From positions 1 through 42,544 of the forward strand of contig NW_021835124.1 of NCBI RefSeq assembly GCF_006345805.1: a stretch of DNA of 42,544 nucleotides. Reading direction: 5' to 3'. Position 1 is the first letter of the stretch. Every line of letters begins with the position of its first letter. The position numbers and the translations under genes are program-made. The stretch is from Octopus sinensis (lineage: Eukaryota). The notes under the pieces were generated by a model that was not told the DNA's origin, made no database searches, and worked only from the letters and a program-made list of their open reading frames with translations. Shown here piece by piece: positions 1 through 11,230 of this stretch.

Positions 1-165
1 GACAAGTTAAGTTTCTGATTGTTTCAAAAACCTTTGTCTAAATTCAGTTTATTACTCAAGTTAGTTCGTATGGGAAAAATTACGATGAGAATATAATGTA
101 ATGTTCCGCCATTACAGGTTGTCAATGCCATTCACCTCTACCATAATAACATGAGAATATTTACG
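1..165 (+). repeat. Partial copy of local ~260-290-bp repeat unit
   Basis: Shares 'gggaaaaattacg.tgagaa...caggttgtcaatg.cattcacctctaccataa.catgaga' with copies at 1.5-2.8 kb, 7.0-7.6 kb and 11.0-11.2 kb. Confidence 0.75.
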
Positions 166-879
166 GCCAGGAGGCAGCCACTTGAACTCTACCAAAAAGC
201 TCTTAAATCTCCCTCACATCATACCTTATTGTGTTAAAACAGAATACTTCAAAATGCAAGCCTATATAAAATGTCTATGAAGTGCAGACTATAATGCTAC
301 TGTTAGATTTAAGAATAAGACCAGCAGTGTTTAGATAAATTTCGCTTCGGTAGGAATTGATTTGGTATCATTTATTCAAACATAATTCTTTCAATAGTTC
401 ATTATCTGTTTTCTCCATCTTTGTTTTAAGTGCGTTAGAGAAAGGTCATTCCAACAGATGTATGTTCAAATGCTTTCCCTCCGAGGCTCTCCTTAATATT
501 ATTCCGAAATTGTGTATGTACCAATAAACGATCGAAATTGTCCTTGCATATCTGTGCTCACCCATCAGAACTATGATCAAGTTGTTCCAGAGTTGAGCAT
601 CGTATATTTTATTAAAAAATTATATATCTTGCTATATTCTACTTCAGGACATATTAACCGACACTACATGTCATACTGTATGTAAACTTTACATCCGTAT
701 ATACATTATATCTTCGAACAAAGTTTGTATATTAATGTTAATATTTGTATTCCAGCGAAACACACATGCTGTCTACAAATTCCTAGATATATTTTAATGT
801 GAATTACATCAATAAAACTAAAAAAAACTGTTAACACAGTTATAATTAAATATTTCAAACGTTAATGAAATGTTAAATA

Positions 880-1080
880 GGCGCAGGAGTGGCTGTGTGG
901 TAAGTAGCTTGCTTACCAACCACATGGTTCCGGGTTCAATCCCACTGCGTGGCACCTTGGGCAAGTGTCTTCTACAATAGCCTCGGGCCGACCAAAACCT
1001 TGTGAGTGGATTTGGTAGACGGAAACTGAAAGAAGCCCGTCGTATATATATATATTATATATATATATATATGTGTGTGT

Positions 1081-1111
<31 letters not shown>

Positions 1112-1247
1112 TGTGTGTGTGTGTTCTGTGTTTGTGTGTCTGTGTTTTGTCCCCCTAGCATTGCTTTACAACCGATGCTGGTGTGTTTACGTCCCCGTAA
1201 CTTAGCGGTTCGGCAAAAGAGGCCGATAGAATAACTACTGGGATTAC
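880..1247 (+). mobile_element. tRNA-derived SINE family A, 3' end missing, internal (TA)/(TG) tract
   Basis: A-box/B-box-like head (gtggctgtgtggtaag...ggttcaatccc), CORE-like 'accttgggcaagtgtctt'; near-identical to 2154-2528 and 12920-13337. Confidence 0.9.
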
Positions 1248-1269
1248 TGTTGAAAAATGTCAATTCATT

Positions 1270-2060
1270 GAATTAAGTCCTGATTGTTTTTCTGTCCAAA
1301 CATTTCGACAGACCTGATAGAGGAACATTTTCAAGTCTAACTTTACGTCCATGTCGATGTTTGAACCTGGAATTTGTACCTTACTAACTTGGTCTGATTT
1401 CCAAAAGATGATGTTATAATCTTGAAGTAAAAATGCGTATTTTTATAATATGAGTAAAAATGTATGAAAATCAACAAACTGCTTTAATAAAATGTTTATA
1501 TTCCCAGAGAGATAAGGTTTTTTTATTAATTGATTTGTTTTGACATGTAGCTATAGTAAACTTTAATTAGAGAACATACAAGTACCAGGTAACCTACGTT
1601 TTGTTATGACAAGTTAATATATTATGAATTAGTTAGAAAAACCGTAGCTTAAGCTTGGTTTGTTACTAAACTCAGTTCTCATGGGAAAAATTACGGTGAG
1701 AAAAGTAAAGTTTCACCTGTACGGCTTTCACCTCAACCATAGCATGAAAACGTTTATGGTTACACGATTGCAAAATGGTAAATTTTATTTCCCAGAGAGA
1801 TACATTTTTAATAATTGATTTGCTGTGACATGTGGCTTTGATAAACTTTAGCAAAAAAGCATCTAAGTACCAAGTAAACTACACTTTCTATAAGAGGTCA
1901 TGTTATGAATTACTTCAAAAATCTCAATTTTGTTAGTTCTTTTGGGAAAAATTACGGTGATAAAAAAATGAAAGTTTCACCAGTACAAGTTGTGAATGGC
2001 ATTCATATATACATTTTTATATATAGATGCTCATATAATTTCACCTCTACCGTCCACGAA
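1270..2060 (+). repeat. Upstream module (~230 bp) plus two tandem ~288-bp units
   Basis: 'cccagagaga' anchors at 1503 and 1791; 1270-1500 aligns by eye with 6815-7030. Confidence 0.75.
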
Positions 2061-2153
2061 AAAGTTTACTGACCAAAGAAGAACTCTTAAGACCGTCCAT
2101 GGGTCTGCGGGTCTGCTGGAATCAGCAGGAAAATCACTATAATATCTCACCAT

Positions 2154-2528
2154 AACACATGGTTCCGGGTTCATTCCCACTGCGTGGCACCTTGGGCAAG
2201 TGTCTTCTACATTAGCCTCGGGCCGACCAAAGCCTTGTGAGTGGATTTGGTAGACGGAAACTGAAAGAAGCCCGTCATATGTATGTATATATATATATAT
2301 GCGTGTGTGTGTTTGTGTGTCTGTGTTTGTCCCCCTAACATTACTTGACAACCGATGCTGGTGTGTTTATGTCCCCGTTACTTAGCGGTTCGGCAAAAGA
2401 GACCGATAGAATAAGTACTGGACTTACAAAAGAATAAGTCCCAGGGTCGAGTTGCTCGATTAAAGGCGCTGCTCCAGCATGGTTGCAGTTAAATGACTGA
2501 AACAAGTAAAAGAGTAAAAGAGAGTAAG
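2154..2528 (+). mobile_element. SINE family A, 5'-truncated
   Basis: Matches 915 onward and the 12960-13337 copy including the tail 'ctccagcatgg...gaaacaagtaaaagag'. Confidence 0.9.
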
Positions 2529-2564
2529 GAGTATAGGAATATACTAATGACGTAAACGGGATAT

Positions 2565-2830
2565 TTTATTCTCAGGGAGAAGTTCTTTATTTATTAATTG
2601 ATTTGTTGTGACATGTAGCTTTGGTAAACTTTAACTAAAATACATCTAAGCACCAAATAACCTACACTTTGTTGTGGCAAGTCAACATGTTATCAATTAC
2701 TCCAGAAGAATCCGTTTCAAAAAGTCTGTTCCCATGGGAAAAAATATATTGAGAAAAAAACATAGTTTCAAATGTACAGGTTGTTAGCGGCATTCACCTC
2801 TACCATAACATGAGAAAGATTAAGAATACA
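2565..2830 (+). repeat. Third unit of local ~260-290-bp repeat
   Basis: 'gacatgtagctttggtaaac' at ~2610 and 'ttcacctctaccataacatgaga' at ~2793. Confidence 0.75.
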
Positions 2831-3012
2831 CAAGAGACGCTTGAAGTTATCTCCTGGAACTAACAGTCAAATTGCCCTAAAAAATACCTTAGTATATTAA
2901 ATAATAGGCTACATAATGCAAATCTTTATATACCTAAGAAATACTAAATTAATTATTATTATAATGTAAATAACGATGATCATAATTATATTGGTTTCAA
3001 ATATAATTATGA

Positions 3013-3242
3013 GCGGCGAGCTGGCAGAATTGTTAGCACGCCGGGCGAAATGCTAAGCGGTATTTCGTCTGCTGTTACATTCTGAGTTCAAATTCCGCCT
3101 TGGTCGACTTTGCCTTTTATCCTTTCGGAGTCGATTAAATAAGTACCAGTTACGTACTTGGGTCGATATAATAAGCTTAATCCGTTTGTTTGTCCTTGTT
3201 TGTCCTCTCTGTGTTTAGCCCCTTGTGGGTAGTAAAGAAATA
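3013..3242 (+). mobile_element. SINE family B, full length
   Basis: 'gcggcgagctggcagaa...gagttcaaattcc...ccttgtgggtagtaaagaaata'; direct repeat 'atattggtttcaaat' at 2988-3002 and 3244-3258. Confidence 0.9.
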
Positions 3243-3246
3243 TATA

Positions 3247-3455
3247 TTGGTTTCAAATTATAGTACAAGGCTGGCAAGTTCGTGAGGGTGTAAATCTATT
3301 ACACTGACCCCAGTTTTCAACTGGTACTTATTTCATTGACCCCGAAATTTAAGGTAAAGTCGACTTCGGCGGAATTTGAACTTAGAACCTAAAGACGGAC
3401 GAAATGCCGCTAAGCATTTTTCCCGGCGTGCTAACCATTCTGACAGCTTACTGCC
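3247..3455 (-). mobile_element. SINE family B' (alternative tail), older copy
   Basis: Reverse complement of the family B head and body with tail 'aatttgaaaccaat'. Confidence 0.85.
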
Positions 3456-3700
3456 TTAATTATCATAATTATATCGGCAATTATTAAACACGAATATCGG
3501 TAAAGGCTCACAGAGATTTCTTTCACATTAGTTTCCACACAATGATGTAACATAGTCGATGTTTTACGAAGACATAGTTTATCTCCAATCTCAACATTGT
3601 ACATGTTGTTCTTTTTTGATTCTGTGTTTAGTCCCTGCATTAGTCCTGATCCTACAGATCTACTATGATACGAGCTTCTTCTTGAACTGCCGTTTCTGTT

Positions 3701-3732
<32 letters not shown>

Positions 3733-3861
3733 TTTCTTTTCTCTTTTTTTTTCGTTGTATAGATCGTATAAAACACATTATTTAACGTGTCGTAATTTCT
3801 TCCACATGTTTGGTTGTTGGACGTCGTAGATCAAAGTATTCCAGCCGTGACCACACCCTCA

Positions 3862-4144
3862 TCATCATCATCATCACTGTTCGACCGCGGTCGAGACAAT
3901 GGAATTTACTATGTTACGCCAGACTTCACGGTCCATCATGGCATTACGGAGGTCCTGTGGCTGGATGCCTGTATCCCTGGAGATTACATCAGGGTTGGAG
4001 AGTGTGCACCCTCTGGTATTGCGAGTAGATGGCCTCAAGAGGAGAAGAGTAGAAATTGCCTCGTTTTCAGCTCTACAACAATGTCCAGCAAACTCGACTC
4101 TTCTACCTTTCACAAGAGACGCAAACTGGACTCTTCTACCTTTC
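3862..4144 (-). mobile_element. 5'-truncated RTE-clade LINE 3' end with (TGA)n tail
   Basis: ORF 3874-4149 'RRVEFAGHC...DVISRDTG...DREVWRNIV'; paralog at 33.9-34.4 kb; 12-bp TSD 'accacaccctca' at 3850-3861 and 4145-4156. Confidence 0.9.
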
Positions 4145-4679
4145 ACCACACCCTCAATTCTAGTTTATATTGAACTGCAATATATGATATGTCTTCCATC
4201 TACCGCTTTTTATTGTTTTTGTTATTCATTTAACCCCGAGTCAACGTAAGTATATTCCAGGATGTGTTTTCTGTCTTTATACACGTTTTCTGCACAGAGG
4301 TGACTTGAAGGAGATTTGGCTATAACCTTTCACAATATAGAGATACGATATAAAATTCTACACTGAACAGAATGTCAATTATTTGCTCATTCAAATTCAT
4401 AATAATTTGTGATTGTTATATTTTCCAAAAGAATTTTTAAATGCGGTAGTCAGTAATAAATAATTTATTCGTTAATTTTTTATCAATGCTTTGACTGAAT
4501 CAAAAACAACACTTGCAGTCGCCAAGTGTATTCCAGCAGTCCATCCATTCATCCATCCATCCACCTATCCATCGATCGATCCATCCGTCCACATATACAT
4601 ACATTCTTACACCAGACTTTTTGAATCGAGATTTTACATGCATTAAAGACCAATTCGGATGTGTGATATACATATAGTT

Positions 4680-4686
4680 ATACATA

Positions 4687-4722
<36 letters not shown>

Positions 4723-4760
4723 TGTATGTATGTATGTATGTATGTATGTATGTATGTATG

Positions 4761-4800
<40 letters not shown>

Positions 4801-4842
4801 CATACACACACACATATATATGTATATATGTATGTATATATA

Positions 4843-4873
<31 letters not shown>

Positions 4874-4880
4874 GTATGAT
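4680..4880. repeat. Compound (TATG)n/(TA)n/(CA)n microsatellite
   Basis: Seen directly. Confidence 0.95.
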
Positions 4881-4895
4881 ATGCATATTTATATT

Positions 4896-5232
4896 GAGAC
4901 ACCCTTCAGTCATGAATGGCCGTGGGCTTGCACCTAGAAAGTTACCCTCCCAGGCACAAGTCCGGGCAAGGTTGTTTATGGAAGATCAGCAGTCGCCCAT
5001 GCATACCAGCCTCCCATCTCCACGCCACCAGTGTCATCCAAAAGAAAGGCAAAGGGGCCGATACAGTTTGGCACCTGTGACATCGCAACTCATTTCTACA
5101 ACTGAGTGAACTGGAGCAACGTGAAATAAAGTGTCTTGCTCAAGATCACAACACGCATCCCGGTCCGGGTTTCGAACTCACAACCTCACGATCGTAAGCT
5201 CGACGCTCTAACCGCTGGGCCATGCACCTTCA
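4896..5232 (-). mobile_element. tRNA-derived SINE family C
   Basis: Reverse B-box 'ttcgaactc' and A-box near 5170-5225; homologous to 24719-25040 (+). Confidence 0.85.
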
Positions 5233-5894
5233 CACTCGCGCGCGCACACACATATAGCAGTAAAAATCGGGATTTAAAAATTCAAGCAGTTATCAATAAA
5301 GCACTCAGTTTTAAAAGAATTTGGTTAACTATATACAGCAATCAGCAGCAGCACATGTAAGTGGAATACACATCCAAGGTAATTCCTCGTATATAACAAG
5401 TAGATCCAAATATCATTTAGGAGAATTTTGAGAAATTCAGAGTATTAGACAACAAAAATACAGATAGAGGAAATGACATCTTTAATTTTACAGCTCACCT
5501 CGCAAAGCCGACTATTGTTTCTGTTAAACATGTTTAGATATAGAAAATATCATTGAAATTAATATTTCCGAAAATACGTGTTAACACAACGTTTTCAAGG
5601 GGATCCAAAATTAATTAAATTTAAAGTGAACTAAGGAAATATTTCCTGTACAGAAAAGCATGCAAAAAGAACGCTAAGAACAAATGTAATCTAAGAAACG
5701 CTATTTTTCTATTCAACAATTAGTGACGTCAGTGGATAACGAAAGAATAAAAAATAAACATACGAATTCTACTCACAACTAGAAACAGATTTTATGTCAA
5801 GATAATTAGTTATCTGTTTATTGAATATTGTAAACATTTTAGGAAAATCATGCTTATTATATAACATATGAAAAGCAATTATATTTAAGAACTG

Positions 5895-6211
5895 AAATAT
5901 TTGAATGCCTTCCGAAATTTGTGGCAACATTTCATTGTAAAACTACCATTAAAATTTGATAAAATTAATTTAGAAGTAATTATATAATACATTTCTTCAA
6001 GGCAAAGATCACATGTAGAATTGCCAATATCGTACGATGGTGCGTAACTAACATTGGACCGCTTTAAATCATACTAAATATTATCTTTTAAATCCCAAAT
6101 GCATTTACTAAGACTTGCAGAATTACCTTTTCTATACTTAAATGAGAAAAATTATGAAATCTATATTTCAAGTTTGTAGCAGATGAACCTATGTAATAAT
6201 ACTTATGATCC
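5895..6211 (-). mobile_element. Penelope-like element, GIY-YIG endonuclease fragment (decayed)
   Basis: Translates DHKYYYIGSSA..KYRFHN..LSKCIWDLKD..APSYDIGNSTCDLCLEE..KCCHK, typical of the PLE GIY-YIG C-terminus. Confidence 0.85.
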
Positions 6212-6505
6212 CTAATTCTGAGAGGAGAACTAGTAACAATTCTTTTAACCATGAGTACCATATACAAATGAAAAACTGCCTGTGTAATTGTAAAGACAAA
6301 ATTGTCAGCCCGTTAGAAAATCAGTGTTCAAGGGAGAATATAGTTCATCAGTGTAAGATAACAAGGATCATAAATATTATTACATAGGTCCATCTGCTAT
6401 AATTTGGAAATCTTGATTTCATAATCATTCTCATTCATTTAAATATGAGTAATTCTACAAATCTTAACAAATGCATTTGGGATTTAAAAGATAAGGACAT
6501 TCCTA
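6212..6505 (+). mobile_element. Penelope-like element, GIY-YIG endonuclease fragment (decayed), inverted relative to the neighbour
   Basis: CNCKDK..PLENQC..ENIVHQCKIT / DHKYYYIG..FHNHSHSF..NSTNLNKCIWDLKDKDI across frameshifts. Confidence 0.85.
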
Positions 6506-6814
6506 TTATGAGATATGTAAAAGGTAAAAATTAAAAGACTAGAAAATCTCAGAAAAAAAAAAAAAATAAGCAAACTGCAAAAATGGTGAATGTTCTTCCT
6601 ACAAATGATCAGGATAACTGGGATTATGAAAAACTGCCAGATTTTCTTACAATTTAAAGGATGATGGGCACAACAAGATGTTCTCTTTCACACTCTTGCT
6701 ACAAAGCCGTTCAATATTGGCTTTAAATTAAATAGACCAAACAAAATATTTCGAGAAAATAGATGCATGCATCCATCCATCCAGACATACGTACACTCGT
6801 TCATGCATTTTGTC

Positions 6815-7575
6815 ATTATTTAATATTCTTGTTTTTGGTCTTCCAACATTTCGATTGGCCTATTAGAGTAACATCTTCAAACCTAACTTTTCAGCTGTGT
6901 CACAGTTTGAACATGGGATCTATATTTTACTAACGTGGTCTGATGTTCCAACCAAGAGTAAAAATACATTTCGCTGTCACATGAGTAAAAATGTACGGAG
7001 ATCAACAAGCTGCGTAAGGTGGGAATTATATTCCTAGAGACATACATTTTTGTAATTGATTTGTTGTGGCACGTAGCTTTGGTAAACAAAAGAACTTATA
7101 AGCACCAGATAGCCGACATCTCGCGATGACAAGTCGGCTTGTTATGAAATGGTCGAAAATCCTTAGGTTAAAATCAGTTTATTACATAAGTTCTCGTGAG
7201 AAAAAAAGAATTTTACCTATACGGGCTGTCTATGGCGTTAACCTCTAGCATAACATGAGAAAGTTTACGAATACACACTGTGTTATTTCTCAGAGAGATA
7301 CTTTTTTGGTTGTTGATTTTTTGCGACATGTAGCTTTGGTAAACCTTGACAGAATATCTAAGCACCAGGTAAACTACGTTTTGTTATGACAAGTCAACAT
7401 GTTATGAATTCCTTTAAAAAAATGTCTTTGTCTAATGTCAGTTTATTGTTGAAGTCAGTTCTCATGAGAAAAGTCGGGGAAAGACGTTCTCATGAGAAAA
7501 ATCGAGGAAAGACGTTCTCATGAGAAAAAAATAACGTTTCACCTGTAGAGGTTGTCAATGGAATTCACCTCTACA
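6815..7575 (+). repeat. Upstream module plus two units of local ~260-290-bp repeat
   Basis: 'gtagctttggtaaac' at ~7073 and ~7330; homology to 1270-2060. Confidence 0.75.
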
Positions 7576-7636
7576 ATGATGTATTCAATGTAGCTATTAT
7601 AATTGTTGAAAATAGTAAGTAACTCTATCCCACATT

Positions 7637-7949
7637 TTGTTTTTTGTTTGTTCCTTCTCGAGCCGTCTTGCTGGCTCATAAGGGCCTGTTTCCCGGTTTC
7701 TTGGTGTATAGGTTTCCCACCTGAACGGGAAGCCGGTCCGTTGCAGGTGAGCTGCAAGATGCAGGTGGAAAGCGTGAGAGAAAGTTGTGCCGAAAGAGTC
7801 AGCAGAAGTTCGCCATTACCTTCTGCCGGAGCCGCATGAAGCTTAGGTGTTTCGCTCATAAACACACACATCACTCGGTCTGAGATTCGAACCTGCGATC
7901 CCTCGACCGCGAGTCCGCTGCTCTAACCACTAGGCCATGTGCCTCCACC
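7637..7949 (-). mobile_element. tRNA-derived SINE family D, tail type 1
   Basis: Reverse tRNA-like head (ttcgaacc..ctctaaccactaggcc); central 'gtgagagaaagttgtg.cgaaagagt'; TSD 'cccacatt' at 7629-7636 and 7953-7960. Confidence 0.85.
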
Positions 7950-8179
7950 TAACCCACATTATTCCTTATCATCATTCTTTTCTGAAATTAATCTGCCTGA
8001 GAGCACTCCTAGTTCTACGATACAAACTTCTTGTTCCAAGCAGAATCTAAGTTAAAAACCTTCCAACATTTCATTTCAATTTCTGTTACAATTACAAGCT
8101 TTATTATAATGACAAAAGTTATTTTACTAAATTCTTCATTATTTTCAAAATTGATTAAAACAAGGATGAATGGCAAAAT

Positions 8180-8308
8180 GGTATTTTTATTTTATCGACT
8201 CCGAAAAAGATGAAAGGCAAAGTCGAACTCGACGGAATTCGAATTCAGAACGTAAAAACGGATGAATGCCGCTAAACATTTTGCCTGGCGCTTTAATGAT
8301 TCTGCCAG
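8180..8308 (-). mobile_element. SINE family B/B' 5' fragment
   Basis: Reverse complement of the family B head and central domain. Confidence 0.8.
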
Positions 8309-9197
8309 AGCGGGGCCTTAGTCATCTACATTATTGATGTCTAATATAGTCACAGGGCTACAAATCTAGGGTGACTGGATGGGGCTTATAGCCGACGATA
8401 TGAACCATTTGAATGGCCCTTTATTTTACCAATCTCTGAAAGGTGAAAGATAAAAGCAGTCCAAAGATGTATTTAAACTCGGAACGTTAAAAAAAAATAA
8501 CGAAACTAAATACCACAAGAAATTTAGTGCGAAGCTTTACCGATTCGACCTCTGCTCAAAACAATGAAAAGACACAGGGTGGAATTCATCAATAACCACC
8601 CTGTGCTTTTACTTTGTTTTGTTTTTGGTATTTTTTTTGTGTTCCAGACAGCTTTGATTAAATTTGTTCCAGCTGTGACACTTCTGCTTTTATTTAGAAA
8701 CAGAATGACCTGGTATTCATTGATTCTTTGTAGTTGATCGACATATGGCCCAAGGTCAACCCTTATCGAGTAGAATTATCGATCTGGATTATGATCGGAG
8801 GTGCTCCAGCTTGACCATCCGGGCTTTCACTTAGACATTGTGTACCTAAGACTACATTAAAGTATTCTTAACGTTACATTGCTGTTGTGGTCGTTTCGCC
8901 ATTTCAGCACTAACCTAGCGGGCAAGTTACCAAAGATATTCCACCTGTAAAATCCTTTCTTTAGATTCAGACATGATGTATTTAGGTCTGCATTTGCTAA
9001 TGTGTCCTTCCTCGTTGTTGTTGTTGTTGTCATTGCAGTGGCTGCTGCTGCTGCTTCTGCTGCTGCTGCTATTGTTGTTGTCACTGTTATCGTTTAGCTC
9101 ACGATTGATCAGTTCATTTTAGACTTTACCGTCTAATCTGTCGTTCTGTGTGTTGTTGTTGTTGTTGTTGCTGCTGTTGCTGTTGCTGTTGTTGTTG

Positions 9198-9535
9198 AGC
9201 GAAGCGGTCTTCGTCCCAGAGCTCGCAAGATCGCGCCTCTGTAGTGGGAGAAGTCCGAAACGTGGTCCTTTGCTATTCGTAAGACCCGCAGAAGAGAAAG
9301 CACCGACACCGACAGCGGTTGCGTAGGAAGTCGGGGACAAGAAACAGGAAGAAAGAGTGAGAGAAAGTTGGAGCAAAAGAGTACAACAGGGGTTGCCACT
9401 ACCCCCTGCTGGAGCCTCGTGGAGCTTTAGGTGTTTTCACTCAATAAAGATACACAACGCCCGGTCTGGGAATCGAAACCGCGATCCTCCGACCGCGAGT
9501 CCGCTGCCCTAACCATTGGGCCATTGCGTTTCCAC
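9198..9535 (-). mobile_element. SINE family D, tail type 2
   Basis: 9345-9535 matches 34875-35064; the 9198-9345 tail is unrelated to the other D tails; adjoins a (GTT/GCT)n tract. Confidence 0.8.
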
Positions 9536-9771
9536 CTGCTGCTGTCTTTAGCCTCTAGTGAGTTCTAATCTATTAAACTTAAACAATCAACTATAATCCA
9601 GATATGACCATCCCATTTTATATTCAGATATTGTGTATGTAACATTACATTATCTACTATTACTTTCCTTCATATTCTTTCTAATACAAACTCCATCCAG
9701 AAGACGATAATAAAAAAAGAAATATTATAAGTATTACCGTCTCATCTATTTTCAGACAATATTGTCTCACA

Positions 9772-10005
9772 CAGTGGTTCCCCAACCGGGGTCCTTAAAG
9801 ATTTTGTTGTTAAAATTTATGTGCACTAATTTGTTTACACTTCTACAAGGTACAAAATATTTTAACGATTTTTAAATACAATTCCTAATAATATTTTAAT
9901 ATGAAAATCATGATGGGATTTCTAAAACATCGAATGGTCCTGAAGATCGACTTGAGTAAAATAAAAATCAAAGGGGTCCAGACAAAAATTGGTTGAGAAC
10001 CACTG
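9772..10005. mobile_element. hAT (Charlie-like) MITE
   Basis: TIRs cagtggttcccaacc / ggttgagaaccactg (14/15); flanks gtctcaca / gtctaata match 6/8 as a decayed 8-bp TSD. Confidence 0.8.
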
Positions 10006-10131
10006 GTCTAATATGTTATTGTTGTTGTTGTCGTTGTAGGTATTAGAATGTCTGTCCTAAGCAAGCAGAATTATCACCAAGGACGTTCCTGTCGTTACCA
10101 TCCCTTGCTGAGATTATAAATGCCTGACGAA

Positions 10132-10362
10132 GGCGGCGAGCTGGCAGAAACGTTAGCACGCCGGGCGAAATGCTTTGCGGTATTTCGTCCGCCGCTGCGA
10201 TCGGAGTTCAAATTCCGCCGAGGTCGACTTTGCCTTTCATCCTTTCGGGGTCGATAAATTAAGTACCAGTTACGCACTGGGGTCGATGTAATCGACTTAA
10301 TCCGTTTGTCTGTCCTTGCTTGTCCTCTCTGTGTTTAGCCCCTTGTGGGTAGTAAAGAAATA
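10132..10362 (+). mobile_element. SINE family B, full length
   Basis: Consensus-like; 16-bp TSD 'attataaatgcctgac' at 10113-10128 and 10364-10379. Confidence 0.92.
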
Positions 10363-10769
10363 AATTATAAATGCCTGACATCTGTCAAAGGTCTGTTTCT
10401 TTTAAAATGCGACCTATTGTTTATTGAACTCAGATCTGCCATTACCAAATACACGTATCCAGGAACCGACTTCCGATTATTGACATGCTCAAGAATTCGT
10501 ATTACATTCTGCTATTCTGAGATATTAGATTTTTAGTGATCTCTGTGTGGAAACGGTAATTGCTAGCAATTCGTGGGTTCGAGTTCATTAAGCCTAACAC
10601 AATTTATCACTTTACTGACGAAAAATATTTAAGTTTTCAATATTCGAATTATTCAACTTTCTCAGACGCTTTTGTACATACGGGCTATCCTCTCACAGCA
10701 AACTCAACCATGTGCTGCCATCTGTTGGCACGTTACAGAACTAATCAGGAAACTTTTTGATATCACCTC

Positions 10770-10808
<39 letters not shown>

Positions 10809-10895
10809 TGTGTGTGTATGTGTGCATGTGTGCCTGTGTGTGCGAGCGTGAGTGTGTGTGTGCCTGTGTGTGCGAGCGTGTGTGTGTGTGTGCGT
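10770..10895. repeat. (GT)n microsatellite
   Basis: Seen directly. Confidence 0.95.
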
Positions 10896-10959
10896 GCTAA
10901 GTGAGATCTGACTACTATTTTCGAGAGATGAAGTGACCATCTTGAGGTTTTCTTTTATG

Positions 10960-11230
10960 TCAGTAAAGTTTCTCATGTTATTGTACAGGTGAATGCCTTT
11001 GACAACCTTCACAGGTGAAGCTTCATTTTGTTTTCTCTCACCGTAATTTTCCAATGAGAACTGACTTCACTAATAAACTAAGGATATTTTTAACTAATCT
11101 ATAACATGTTGACTTGTCATAACAAAGTTAAAGTTACCTGGTGCTTAGATGTTCTTTTGATAAGGTTTACCGAAGTTACATGTCGCAACAGATCAATTAG
11201 CAAAACAAAAGTACCTCTCTGGGAATATAA
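10960..11230 (-). repeat. Inverted copy of local ~260-290-bp unit
   Basis: 'gtttaccgaagttacatgtc', 'acctggtgcttagat', 'tctcatgtta..gtacaggtgaatgcc' are reverse complements of unit anchors. Confidence 0.75.

Noticed and set aside
115-180. Repeated coding exon (QVVNGIHLYHNMRKF-like) within the ~290-bp units
   Set aside because: Indels and insertions among copies break the frame, and no consistent donor site follows
880-960. Functional tRNA genes at SINE heads
   Set aside because: A/B boxes are present but there is no complete cloverleaf, and each continues into a SINE body
10714-10728. CTCF-like motif (reverse CCAACAGATGGCAGC)
   Set aside because: Single short match that could arise by chance or from a TE; no supporting context
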